Shown: piece after piece, positions 24,270-37,600 of the stretch
Position numbering within the stretch: position 1 is the stretch's first letter
Layout: every line of letters begins with the position of its first letter
From: Octopus bimaculoides
Taxonomy: Eukaryota
Length of the DNA: 61,976 bases
Direction: 5' to 3'
Assembly (NCBI RefSeq): GCF_001194135.2
Contig: NC_068982.1
Coordinates: forward strand, 84,765,693 to 84,827,668
Made by a program: the position numbers and the translations under genes
The notes under the pieces: model-generated
Told to the model about the DNA's origin: nothing
Databases searched by the model: none
The model's input: the letters and a program-made list of their open reading frames with translations, nothing else

Positions 24270-27200
24270 TGTCAGGGGGATAGTTGACGGTGTTAGTTAA
24301 CGATGTTGATCTAGCATGTTAGTTTGTCATATTAGTTTAACAGTCAGTTGTTGCACAGTAAATACTAAGTATAGTACCTACATTTGAGTAGTACAGAGTG
24401 CATTCTGTATTAACATATATTTTTGCAATAGGTTATTTTTGTATAACATCAACCAACTATTTATTCGTGTAATACCATTTTACACAAGATATGTAAACAA
24501 GTCATAACATTTTTGGCAACAAGATTACTTGAAGGTCATGATGGACAGATTTTTGCTTGAACATTGCAGGTTTACTAGCTTCAGTAATTCAATTACAGAA
24601 ACAGCAACAACAGCAATTGTTGGAATTTCAGAAGTAACAGCAAATTGGAAAGTTTGCATATAACCAGAGGAGGGTACTACCTTCTCTGCTTACTTTAGAA
24701 AGTATGATGAAATTTTTAGAGAAGAGTACTGCAACTGGCAAGATGAGAAAAAAACTTGACTTTTGTTGAGAAAGTTGGTACCAACCAAGTATGAGAAATA
24801 TTGAAATTACATGTTTTGAAGAAGCAGTGAATATTCTACCAAAGATTTTCAGCAAAAAAGCTCTTTATCTAATATGTGCTGGCAATGCATGAATATTAAA
24901 AGAGGACAAAGATTTTATTACATACACTGACATCATTAATAGGGAATGCAAGAGATTTAAAATTTATGAACTAACACCAGATATGTTTAAATGCTTAATT
25001 TTCATGCAAAGTTTAATGGCAAAGAAAGATGCAGAAATTTGTAAGCGAATCCTGACTAAATTAGAACAGAATCAGAAGCTAACACTACAAGAAATATCTG
25101 AAGAATGCTGGAGAATAATCAACCTAAGGCATGATACAAAACAAATTGAAGTGAGAAACTGCTCTCATATACAGTCAGTGCAACCAAAAGTAAGAAATGA
25201 AAAGCAGAAAATTAACCTATGTTTTGGATGTGAAGAATTACGCTACAGATTTGACTGTCCTTATAAAAATTGAAAATGCTTCAAGTGTGGTTAGATAGGT
25301 CATAAAAAAATCATACTGTAAAAAAAACCTAGAAAATGGTTCAACAGAAAAAATCATGTAAATAGTTTATCGGCAACAAGAAATACAAACAAGACTCAAA
25401 GGAAATTTGTGTATGTAAAAATTAATAATACAAATATAAATTTACAGTTAGATGTAGGTAGTGACATTACTTTAATTAATGAAAGCACATGGAAAACAAA
25501 GAGGAAACCTACATTACAGAAAACCTTGAAGATTGCACATGGAGTATTGGGAATTAAATTAATTTTTAAATGTGAAATTATTTGTAATGTTACATTTCGT
25601 AGTAAAATTGTAAAAGCGAAAGCAACCTTTTGGAACTGACTGAATGGAACTGTTCGACTTATGAGATTTTCCCATAAATAATTTTTGTAAAAATGTAATG
25701 GGGTTGTGTGCCAGTTCAAATACAGAGTCAGAAAATTTTTAAAAAAAGAAGTGAATAGGTTGTTCCCAGATGTTTTTTCAGACAAGTTGTGTTGGTGCAA
25801 TAAATTTAAAGCAAAATTTCAGGTAAAAGAAAATTCATTACCAGTTTTCAAACTCGAACATAATGCACCATTTGCAGCACTAGAACAAGTGAATAAGGAA
25901 TTAGACAGACTGGTCAAAATGAGAATGTTTGAAAAGATCAACTATTCAGATTGGGCATTTCCAATGGTGTTTGTATAAAAGAACAATAAAATTCGTGTAT
26001 GTGCAGATTTCTCAACAGGACTAAATGAATGTTTAAAACCTAGCCCATTACCTAACCCAGAGGAAATCTCAAAATTAAATGGTGGAAAATTGTTCTCAAA
26101 ATTAGATCATTCTGGTGCTTACTTACTAATACAAGTGAAGATGGATGCTCTAAGGTGCTAACAATTAATACAGATAAAGGTTTGTACAAATTTAACTGGC
26201 TCCCATTTAGCATAAAAGTTGATCCAGCTATATTCCAAGTGATGGATGCAATGCTTACAGAGTGTGACTTCACAGTGGCCTACCTGGATGATATGTTAAT
26301 TAAAAGTGAATCACGTGATCAGCATGTCAAGCATGTGATATGAGTTTTTGAAAAAATAAAAGATAATGATTTCAAACTGGATGAGGAGAAACACGAATTT
26401 TTCTTGTCTAAAATTAAGTACTTAGGACAAATTATTGATAAAAATGGTCATTGATCAGATCCCTCGAGGGCAAGTATGACTAAAAATATACCCCCTGTGA
26501 CAAACACCTTACAAGCATTTTTGTGACTTGCAAAATATTATCAGATTTATATACCAAACATGTGAAAGGTAAAAGCTCCACTAAATAAGTTACTAAAAAA
26601 AGATGTAAAATGGAATTGGTTTGTAAATTGTCAGAAGGTATTCAAGGAAACTAAAAAGATATTAACATCAGATTTGTCTTTAACACATTTCGATCTTGTA
26701 TTGAAGATTGTATTAGCTTTAGATGCCAATGAGTGTATGGTATCAGAACAGTAATTCTACATAAATATGAGGATGGTAAACATGAAGGCTGTGGCTCATG
26801 CCTCGGGTTCTCTGCTACCAGCAGTAAAAAACTACAGTCAAATTGAAAAAGAGGCTCTAGCAATTATTTTCACTATAAAAAAAATTTGTAGATTCTTACA
26901 CAGAAGTTTTTGATTACAAACTGACCATCGTCCGTTATTATACCCATACTCCTAAGAAGTTGCAACACTGGGGTACTATATTACTAAATTATGATTTTAA
27001 GATAGAGTTTATACCATCTAAGAAATTAGGACAGGCTGACTGTTTATCAAGAAATACTGAACCATTTGAAGATACTGTGATTGCAATGTTGTGAGCAGAA
27101 AAAGAAATTAAAAATATTTTATGTAATGTTGTACAAGAATTACCAGTTAAAATCAGACTAAAAGCAGAAAATGATGAATTTATTAAAAAATGAAAGGAAT

Positions 27201-27620
27201 TCTGAGTGCTGAAAAAGAAATAAAAATATGCATTTTGTAGAATGCAATATCAATTTGAACTTGTTCTCAATTTGTGACAATGAGCTAATGTACACAGAAA
27301 GAGTGGCAGTGCAGGCCATACTACAGAAACAAATGCTAAAAGAATTTCACATTGATCACCTGGGGATTTCAAGAATGAAATCGTTGATGAGAAGCTATGT
27401 ATATTGGTTAAGAGTGGACCAAGAGATAAAAGCATGCACAGGCAGTCCCCTATCAGCAAAATCACCAACCACAAAATGGCAACCGTGGCCAAAAACTGAT
27501 ATTCCATGGTCCAGACTGCATGTTGATTTCAAGAGGTCCACTTTATGGTTCACATTACCTTGTTGTAGTAGACAGTTTTTCTAAGTAGCCTGAAGCATAA
27601 AAAAACCAACATCCTCGGTT
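24270..27620 (+). mobile_element. Ty3/gypsy element: 5' LTR, tRNA-Ser-type PBS, decayed gag-PR-RT-RNaseH-IN; 3' truncated
   Basis: LTR TGTCA...TAACA (24270-24509); PBS TGGCAACAAGAT at 24514 (decayed TGGCGACGAGGAT); LQLDVGSDIT; AYLDDMLI; NYSQIEKEALA; HLGISRMKSLMRSYVYW; PWSRLHVDF. Confidence 0.9.
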
Positions 27621-27644
27621 ACAGTAAGTTATTTACATGACTTC

Positions 27645-27885
27645 ATGATTCATGTATCCTGCTTATGACAGCAGAACATGATCACACACAATACATATCT
27701 AATATTCATGTTGATTTCAGTTCCAATTGTTCCTCTGTGACAAGCCCTTTTAAGCTCACAGAGCTGAATCATCTTTTTTCTCTCAAGCATTGCAACCAGT
27801 CCTAACAGCACCTTGCCACTTCTTCTGATCCAGAGCATCATTTTCCCAAACACTTTTGTTTGTATCTAGTTTCTTCAGGTTTTCC
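27645..27885 (-). pseudogene. RTE-BovB-like LINE C-terminal fragment
   Basis: WENDALDQKKWQGAVRTGC...C.CDHVLLS*AGY. Confidence 0.55.
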
Positions 27886-27904
27886 TCCACACAGTCTTTA
27901 TACC

Positions 27905-28100
27905 TTATAATAAATGCACAAACAAATGGAAAGGTCAGCAAATCCTAATCAGTTATCAGCCAGAGGGTCAAACACAATTTCGCGCCTTCAACTATAATAT
28001 TGCATCCCCTTTGGTGGTGCTGGCAGCAAGAAGCTACTGGGAGATGGTGAGCCAACGAACATGGGACCAAATATGACAAAAAGTGAACAAACAAGAAACA
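27905..28100 (+). repeat. Unclassified dispersed repeat; inverted copy at 32990-33200
   Basis: Shared TTATAATAAATGCACAA..CAGTTA.CAGCCAGAGGGTCAAACACAATTTCG.GCCTT..CATCCCCT.TGGTGG. Confidence 0.6.
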
Positions 28101-28299
28101 AATATGCAATACAGAAACTGAACATACAAACATGAAATAAGTGTGATTCAAGATGAGACTATTAGTGGACAGACGAGGGAGAAAGATGAAAACAAACAAG
28201 ACGAAATGTGGACATATGAACAAACTGAAATGAATGAACAGAAAACAGCCTTAGGGCCTGATAGGAGATGAAAATATGGTTAATGCCAAGAGGAATTTC

Positions 28300-28870
28300 C
28301 TAAAGGATTAGAAACAGAAGGACAACAGAGAGTCAGCAAAAAGTGTTGACAGTGGAAGATGAGAGAAATTACAACCAGTCATTTTAACATTTTAACATCA
28401 TCAAAACAAATTTGCCAATCACGAAACAAATCTGAAGCAAAAGGCAACCACATAACCTAAAGAAATTCAACATAAACAAACAGGATAAAGCATTCACAGT
28501 ATTCAAGTGTAATGATAACAGAAGTGGAAAGTGTCAATACATGCATGCTGGTAGATCCATTAGAACAAAAAATGGACAGATTTTCACAAATGCAGATATG
28601 AACTGCAAAACTAGAAATTTGCCCTACTGCCCAAATTGCAAGGAACTATATATTGGCAAGATAGGGAATGCATTATTGGAACACTCACAAGTTCACAGAC
28701 AACAAATCCATAACACTAATGTTTACCAAATTGAATTGAGCAAATATATAGAAACATGTGGTCAGAAAATGTTTCTAATTTTCCTTTCCACAAACTATAT
28801 AACACAAGTGAGGTTGGAAGAAAGATTAAAAAAAATGTTTTATTAGAATATGCAAACCGGTTAAAAAAAG
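28300..28870 (+). pseudogene. PLE linker and GIY-YIG endonuclease remnant (Neptune-like)
   Basis: KRQPHNLK...CKTRNLPY.CPNCKELYIGKIG..L..VHRQQI..S.YIETCGQK.F.IF. Confidence 0.75.
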
Positions 28871-28929
28871 GTATCAACTAAAATTATCATTAAATATCAA
28901 TTGAATAATATAAAAATACCACCAACAAG

Positions 28930-29780
28930 ATAGAGAGAGAGTGACGAAGGAAGATATAGAATAATTCCTGGGAGAACTTGTAAAGAAAGCAACATACATC
29001 AGTAGAGGAAGAAGGTTCGGCATGGTGGAGGTGAGGTTTGCCACAAAGGAAGATGCGGCCTCACGTTCCACCACCATTTTGAGAATAGAGAAGGTGGCGC
29101 TGTTACCCAGTTACAGGGGAAGGTGCAGTGTCCGGATCAGGATACCAAGGGTACCACCAGAAATTAAAACCGAGTGGTTGGTTGCAGCTATTCTGGCTGC
29201 AACCGATGACAGCATAGGAACTGGGACCTGTTGGAGAGATGAAAAGATTGAACTGATGGGGTTTCGGAGTTGAAATGTGGCTTTTTTCCACATTTGAAGA
29301 TATTGAGAAGATCCCCTACCAGATTGAGGTTGAGGAGAAAATGTTGAATGTGGTGGTGGAGGGACGGAGGCTGAACTGCTATATATGTGACATGAGGGGT
29401 CACATGAAGACTCAGTACCCCTTGTTTGAGTACATGCATAATGAGAAGGAGAAGGAGCAGGAGAAGGAGACAGAAGAGAAATTACATACAAGGAAAGAAA
29501 AGGATTGTACCCAGGAAGTTAAAGAAAAGGAAAAGAATAAAAACGTGGAGGATTATACCCAGGAAGTTAAAGAGAAGGAAAAAAGTGAGGTGAAAGAAAC
29601 AAAAGAGGGGAGTGATGGATTTGTCAGCCCCCCCCCAAAATAGAAGAGAGCGAAGGCAAGGGAGAGTTCAGCAGAGCCAAAGAAGGACTCGAAGCTAAAA
29701 ATTTGAAAGAAAGAAAGGAAAAAACAATAGAAGAACAATGTAAATACAAGGGTTTCTTGGTGGTGTATGAGAGGGGTGTG
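28930..29780 (+). pseudogene. Non-LTR ORF1-like remnant (RRM-like region, CCHC knuckle, charged tail)
   Basis: VRIRIPRVPPEI..WL; LNVVVEGRRLNCYICDMRGHMKTQY (C-x2-C-x4-H-x4-C with the last Cys lost). Layout resembles L1/Tx1-type ORF1; family assignment is inferred. Confidence 0.5.
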
Positions 29781-29839
29781 AATGCAGAGAAAACTAGAAA
29801 AGCACTCGGAAAGTGCAGACCTATGCCAAACCAGCAGGA

Positions 29840-30240
29840 GCAGCACTACGACAACGACCACTACTACCACCACCACCACCACATCACAATCACCACCAAC
29901 CACAACCACCAACATCATCAGCAGCATTGTCATTGCTTCCACTTCAACCACGTACACCGCCATCAACATTATCATGACGGTTACCTTAACAGTTACTTTC
30001 ACCACCACAACCAGTATAACCACTACAATACCACCATCATACAACTAACACTATCATCAACACCACTATTACCACCATCACCTCAGCATCAAACATCACA
30101 CCACTCCTGTCGCCATTATAACCACCACTCCTATTTCATCCTCCTCCCATACTTATCTCGACCATCGTCATCATCAACACTATCTCTGCTTCCACCACAA
30201 TCACCGTCAAAACTACGATCACCACAATCAGTTTCTTTAC
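29840..30240. repeat. Degenerate (CAC/CAT/AAC)n low-complexity tract
   Basis: Directly visible trinucleotide degeneracy. Confidence 0.9.
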
Positions 30241-30610
30241 ACAGTTGAAAATCCATTATCAGATACTCATGGGACTGAGATTGTTGCAGATTTTTGATTT
30301 TTCTAATTTTGGAGCGCTTTATTAAAAAAAAAAAAATTACATCTACAAAACGGAACAGTTTGAGGATAAAAACCAGGTCTAAACACAATAGCTAATAGAC
30401 ATACTCTGAATGTATTTCTATATAAATCTTTAATAATTTTTTTTTATACTTAAGACCATCAGAAATGTTAAGATATCAGCCTCTACCCATGTTATCATGC
30501 TTTGATTAAAAGGTTACAGCATAGATTAGATTACTTACATAAGTTTTGGCCGAAGTTGACAGGCCATGTCTAGTTTAATAGCACCACTTGGAAGAGATAC
30601 ACAGTTAGCT

Positions 30611-31000
30611 CTAAGGAACCATAGCCCATTCAAGCAGAGGATTATTGTTTTCAGAGACATATCTGGGTGTGGGTGATTTATCTGGTATTTGTTGTGGATA
30701 ATCATCTAGGGATCGTTTGAATGCCGTGAAGTCACATTCCTCCTTTATGTGTGTCCGGCACGATGTTGAAGAGAGCAGGGCCAATTGAGGTGAAATAGTT
30801 CTGTCATAGTGTTGTGATACAACACGAACATTTCTATAATGGGCAGATGGCATGGAGGCCAAGCCTTGGACGAATTTTAAAGATGGGCAATGTTGATGGA
30901 ATATTTTCCACATCGTACAGATGATATAGAGCTCACAGCGGTGGTGGAGGGAGCAAAGCCTGAGCTTTTTGAGTTGATCGCAATAGTCAAGGCTTGTCAT
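30611..31000 (-). pseudogene. CR1-type LINE RT C-terminal remnant
   Basis: LDYCDQLKKLRLCSLHHRCELYIIC.MWKI..FKRSLDDY.QQIPD. Confidence 0.75.
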
Positions 31001-32205
31001 GTCATCCTCCGCAGACCTTCGCCAAGCAGCTCATTTTAAGATAGATACGCAAGTAAAATTACTAATAGAGAAACAAAAATAAACTTTAGAAACAACAATG
31101 CCACAATAGGTTATGTGCAAACGATGAACATGTTTTCAAGGGAGATAATCAAAGAACGTAACATTGTAATACTTCATGTAAAGTAAATACAAATGAAAAT
31201 CCTTCAAGAATCCATAAAAATTTCATCATCTATTCCTTGTGTCATTAACAACTTTTCCTGCAAGATTAATCAAATAATGTTCACAACTTTTTGAGTTATT
31301 TTCCACACAGATAGACAAACCAACGCCAATGAAAACATGACCTTCTTCTTTGACAGAGATAAAAATTGCGAAATGGAAGGGACTGGTGAGAGTGAAGCTA
31401 CCAAGAGAGGGATTTGATATGGATGATAGAGGTGTCTGGATACCTGATGAAAAATATGAGAGACTTATGGGTGCATTTTCTTTTGAACATGTGAAAATGG
31501 TAGATGAGTTCTGGTTAGAGGAGGATTCACCTTCTATAGTGGAATATGTGAGGTTGAAAAAATAGGGATATAAAGGTAAAAGAACTTTCTGAAAAAGAGA
31601 AAAAAAAAAAAGGAAAGATTGGAAAAATATTAATGTGAACTTTGAAAACGAAAAAAAAGAGAAAAAAGACTGTGAAAAATAATGTACATGTGAAGATGTT
31701 GTTAATGAAAAGAGAAAAGACTGGTAAAAAATGTAACCACTCGACTTCGGGGGTTGAGTGGGGCATTGCACCTCATTTTCATTCTTTCATATTATCATTC
31801 GTTTCTTTTATTTTTTCTTCTTGTTTCATCCTGTTTGTAATTTTTAGTTCCCTGAGTTTATGTTTTGTCACGTTTTGTATAGTCTTTATATTTTGTATTT
31901 GTCGACAAGCATCTTCATGTAGCCCTTTATGGGTAATAAAAAATTAGACTGCTTGCACAGTACTGCCAGCAGTATTCATTTGCCAGTTACGATTTGCCTC
32001 TGTTTTCATGTGAGCACTCTTTTTCATATAATTATTCCAACTTAAACTAGCAACTTTAAAACTCTTACCCAAAATTTAAAATCTTTAATTCAGTCTGTTT
32101 GATTAACATTTTTGCCCACTACATTTTACTATTTTTTGGATACTACACATTCACCGCTTTTTCCTTAGGACTTTTTCTATTGTGTGAACTGATAATTTTC
32201 CACCA

Positions 32206-32950
32206 TGCCTCAACGCAAAAGATCCAATATAGGTTGGCAAACAAATGCTTCAAAGAAAAGTGAATGTATGCGTGCAAATGAATCTGCTGAGGATGCCACC
32301 AGGAGGAACTCTCTCAATGCACTTACGATGGCTTCAGCATGAAGAATGCTTCCTCAACTGCTGCTGCACGAGCTGCAGAGACTGCAGCACAACGCACAGT
32401 TCGACTTACAAGAGATGCTGCAGCAACTGCTGCTGTGTGCGCTACAGAGACTACAGAGGAAATACAACAACAACTGGAGGTTACAACTCAGCGAAGGGCT
32501 GCATGATGTTCCTACTCAAGGCTATGCTCTTTGCGTTGGTCAATAACAGCATTCAACTAAGATCCTACAATTGACTACAGTAACCACCCTGACATTCAAA
32601 TAGGCTGCATGTCCACAATCTGCCAATTTTGCAGAGCTAAAAAGTGGTCTGGAGAAACTCCCGGCATGTGCTGCTCCAACAGTAAGATTACAGTACCTCT
32701 TGTACAAGACCTTCCCCCCCCTTTTAACTGATCTTTTGACAGGAGCGTCTCCTTATTCTCATGACTTTCTCAAGTGGATACATGCCTACAACTGCGCATT
32801 CCAAATGACTTCCTTCGGCACCAACATCATACGAGAAGGGCATTTCGTGACTTCCTTTAAAGTGCAGGGGCAGATTTACCTTAGAATTGGTTCCTTGCAG
32901 CCACATGACGCTGCCTCGCCTCAGTTTCTTCAGCTCTACTTCGTGGGATC
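32206..32950 (+). pseudogene. Helitron RepHel N-terminal remnant
   Basis: MPQRKRSNIG...; IGCMSTICQFCRAKKWSGETPGMCCSNSK; FLKWIHAYNCAFQMTSFG..FKVQGQIYLRIGSL..FLQLYFVG. Confidence 0.85.
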
Positions 32951-33243
32951 ATGTAGTTGGTAACCAAGCTACTTACCACACAGCCACGCCTGTACCTATA
33001 TGCTTGTTCATCTACGGTCATGTTCAGTCCCTTGTTTTTTGGCTTGCCATTTCCTGATAGCATTTTGCTGTCAGTGCCACCAGAGGGGATGGAACACTAT
33101 TGTTAAGGCACGAAATTGTGTTTGACCCTCTGGCTGGTAACTGATGATGATTTGGAGATCTTCTGTGTCTGTTTCCCATTTGTGCATTTATTATAAGCTT
33201 TTAACTTATTATTTAATGGAATGCCCACATTGTTATTATTTTT

Positions 33244-33281
<38 letters not shown>

Positions 33282-34184
33282 NNNNNNNNNNNNNNNNNNN
33301 NNNNNNNNNNNNNNNNNNNNNNNNNNNNNNNNNNNNNNNNNNNNNNNNNNNNNNNNNNNNNNNNNNNNNNNNNNNNNNNNNNNNNNNNNNNNNNNNNNNN
33401 NNNNNNNNNNNNNNNNNNNNNNNNNNNNNNNNNNNNNNNNNNNNNNNNNNNNNNNNNNNNNNNNNNNNNNNNNNNNNNNNNNNNNNNNNNNNNNNNNNNN
33501 NNNNNNNNNNNNNNNNNNNNNNNNNNNNNNNNNNNNNNNNNNNNNNNNNNNNNNNNNNNNNNNNNNNNNNNNNNNNNNNNNNNNNNNNNNNNNNNNNNNN
33601 NNNNNNNNNNNNNNNNNNNNNNNNNNNNNNNNNNNNNNNNNNNNNNNNNNNNNNNNNNNNNNNNNNNNNNNNNNNNNNNNNNNNNNNNNNNNNNNNNNNN
33701 NNNNNNNNNNNNNNNNNNNNNNNNNNNNNNNNNNNNNNNNNNNNNNNNNNNNNNNNNNNNNNNNNNNNNNNNNNNNNNNNNNNNNNNNNNNNNNNNNNNN
33801 NNNNNNNNNNNNNNNNNNNNNNNNNNNNNNNNNNNNNNNNNNNNNNNNNNNNNNNNNNNNNNNNNNNNNNNNNNNNNNNNNNNNNNNNNNNNNNNNNNNN
33901 NNNNNNNNNNNNNNNNNNNNNNNNNNNNNNNNNNNNNNNNNNNNNNNNNNNNNNNNNNNNNNNNNNNNNNNNNNNNNNNNNNNNNNNNNNNNNNNNNNNN
34001 NNNNNNNNNNNNNNNNNNNNNNNNNNNNNNNNNNNNNNNNNNNNNNNNNNNNNNNNNNNNNNNNNNNNNNNNNNNNNNNNNNNNNNNNNNNNNNNNNNNN
34101 NNNNNNNNNNNNNNNNNNNNNNNNNNNNNNNNNNNNNNNNNNNNNNNNNNNNNNNNNNNNNNNNNNNTATATATATATATATAT

Positions 34185-34688
34185 CATCATCATCATTTAA
34201 CATCTGGTTTCTATGCTGGCATGGGTTGGACGAACCAGACTCCATGTCTGTTTTGGCATGATTTCTACAGCTGGATGCCTTTCCGAGCACCAACCACTTT
34301 ACAGAGTGTACTGGTTGCCTTTACACACCAATAACATGGTTGCTTTTTACATGGCACTGACACCCACAAGCCTGCAAGATTAGGAAGGGGACATGCTTCT
34401 ATGCAAAGACAACTACAATTTTACTTAGCTTTAAATGTCTTCTCAAGCACGGCAGTCCTCTAGAAGTTGCAGTCCCTTATCTCCTTTGTGAGGCCCAATG
34501 TCTGAAGATCATTTCTGGGATCTTCTTCAACATGTTCCCTCCACAACTAGAGATTGGCACTTCATGATGCAGCTTTCCCCATCCATACACATCACATGAC
34601 CATATCAACACAGTCTTCTTTCTTGCACGCCACATCTGATGCCTCATATATCCAGCTTTTCTCTCAAATCACTTACACTCTGTTGTGT
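34185..34688 (-). mobile_element. RTE LINE 3' part, split by the LTR insertion; continues at 38809-39010
   Basis: ACACTCTGT at the left flank rejoins ATGCATACTGACATTACCCATCC at the right flank, collinear with the intact RTE copy at 48405-48455. Confidence 0.85.
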
Positions 34689-37600
34689 TGTAATAATTCT
34701 GGTTATCAAACTGGTGAGAGTGTTGAATACAGAAGACTGGAAATGATTGGCTGTAAACAGGCTTTACTCTTCTAAGAATGAGGGTACAGTATCCATCATT
34801 AGTTGTTTTAATCGTGATTGTTGCTGATCAGGAATCAGCCATGTTTAAATATCACTCCAAAGTCTTGTATTTGATTGGCTGGTGAGATGATGGAAATAAC
34901 TATGAGTAGTAATAATAACATTATTACCACATTCTCCCCTGCTGAAGAATTTGAGTACCACATGGTGAGTTTGTAAAGTTCTTAATGATCAAAATATATG
35001 TGTGTGTGAGTAGTGAATGTATCTATCCAGGGAAAGGAATGAATAATATTGGGCATTACAATATTTCGGAGAGTTCACGCCTTCCAGTTTCTCAAGTTGT
35101 ATGAGTGTACATGCTCTTGACCAGCTTTCAATTATTCGAGATTATCAAGTTTTGCATGGTTGGCTTCTTCTTCAGGGTTGATAACACTGGTTCTAGTCTC
35201 AACTGCAGGTGTTGCCACTTTGAAATTATCTACAGGATCCTGATAAGGTATCAATCTCAGTCAGTGTATCAGAAAATTGTGCATCTTCCCCCGGAGCCAG
35301 ATGTTTCAATGAAACTGCTTCCTCCTTGCTGCTTGATAAGCATACATGGACATACTGTGGATTGCATTCAAGCAACTCAACCTCTTCTACTGCTGGGTCA
35401 TATATTGAAAACAACAGTTGTTTCTTCAGGCGCACAGATCCACCCTTCACTACTTATTTTACTGTGAGGTCTCAGAAGTTAAGTGACAGAGAAAACTGAA
35501 CAGCCTCTCGTGAGGCATGGTGTTAGTGGCCGTACAGAAAAGGGAGTAAATAGAATGTAGAGCATCAAAGAGTATGCACTGTCGGTGACTCACACTCAAT
35601 CCCTTAGACTTCAACACCAAAGTAACGGTTTTCCATAAGATTAAATTGAGCCTTTGGATCTGATCATTCCCCACTGGATTGTACGGGTTGTCCTACTGAT
35701 TGCTATGTCTTCATCATGGAGGAATTGTCTCATTTCAGCTGACATGAAAGCAGCACCATGATCAGAATGGATGAAAGAAGGGAGTCCAAAAATCGAAAAT
35801 AGTTGGCAGAAACAATAAATGACAGTAGCGGCTGGTATATCTGAACATGCAAACGCAAACACAAAGCGAGAAAATTCATCAATAATTGAGAACAGGTATT
35901 TTTTGCGATTAGTGGATGGGAAGTGTAGACTCTTGAAGTCTACATTTAATCTCTCAAATGGCTTAGTGGTCTTCACAAGTTTAGCTGTCAGTGGCACAAA
36001 AGATCTAGACTTCAGTTTGGCACATGTAAGACGTCAAGACGTCACAGATTTTACATAATGCATAGAAAATGGTAGATTATTTGACTGCACAAAATGGAGC
36101 AATTTTGTCACACCTGGATGGTACAAGGAATCATGGAGCTGTATAAGGTCCAAGGGGATAGAAGATGTGCAATAACTCTGAGAAAAAGCATTTGCAGCCT
36201 TGTTCTTCTTATCTGGCTGATAAACAACATTGTATTTGAAACAAGATAGCTCAATCCTCTATTGTAGTATTTTACTTTTGTGCTCATTGTTGAACATGAA
36301 AACTATGGCCTATTGGTCAGTCATTAACTGAAAATGAACACTGATAAGGTAGTGCTTCTATTTATGAAGAGTTTCAATGATGGCGTAGGCTTCTTTTTCA
36401 ACTGACGAATGGTTCCGTTTGCTGCAAGTAAGCATTCTGGAGAAGGCTGCAGGTTGTCCATTCTGGTTCAAGGTGGTGGCAACAGCAATACCTGGAGCAT
36501 CTGTCTCCACAACAAAGGGGACTTGATGATCAATGGTAACGAAAGTAGCGCCGTTAAGCTCTGACTAAGGTTTCTGAATGTCTGTTTAACAACACCAAGG
36601 AGGGGAAAAGTCTTATTGTGTACCAAGGGTATGATTTTGTCTGAAAAATGAGAGATCCAGTGAGAATAATAAGCAAACATCCTGATGATCCTCTCTTGTG
36701 CTCTGGCATCCTGAGGAGATGGAAGCTCATGTAAGCACAGAATAATTCTGGATTTGATCTGATTACCTCTTTGGACACTTTGTAACCCAGGAGTATGACA
36801 GTCCAGGTGGCAATGCTTGTTTTCTTATTGTTGAAGGTGAGCCTGTATGTCTTCACAAATTGTAGGAATCTTTCATAGTTCTCATCATGTTCTCTTCTGT
36901 TGCTCCCACATAATATGTCAACATAGGCGAAGGTATCCTTGAGTTTTGTCTGTTTGATAAGATTATCAATATGTTGAAAGCAAGCTATACCATTTGTAAC
37001 TCTGAATGGTATATGATGAAACTGATACAGGTTCGAATGCTGTAAATTTTTTCTCATCTTCATGTATAGGAATCTGATGATAAGCTCTCTTAACACCTAA
37101 AGTAGTGAATATCTTGTAGCGAGATATTTTCTTGACCAGTTCATGATGCATGGCACAGGGTAAGCATTAAACTGTGTGTATCGACTGATTGTCTGGCTAT
37201 AACTGATTACCATTCATCTTTTGTGTGATTCATCACAGGTGACTAAAACTTGCACCCTCCATGCAGAACAGGATGGTTCAATGATTTTCTCCGATAAAAG
37301 ACTAACTTCACCTATGACAAACTTCTGATCTGGCCTGAATTTAGTAGCAACAGGTTTGCAATGTGATGAAAGTGACCCAAATAATGTAGGAGTGTCAACG
37401 CGAGGTGCAGCCAAGCCACAAAGTGAAAATGGAGGTCTGGGACTCCTGAAAGCTATGTTTACATGTTCGTGCTGTTTCAAAAAATCATGCCCAAATATGA
37501 CATCTGAGCAAAGCTCAGGTAAAAGTGAAAGCTTCACACAAGGAGTAATCATTGTCATGATAGACCAATTTGGTGAAACAGTGACCTCATGTAATTCTTG

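Noticed and set aside
29703-30248. His-rich, Thr-rich and Val-rich ORFs
   Set aside because: They are translations of a degenerate trinucleotide tract in several frames.
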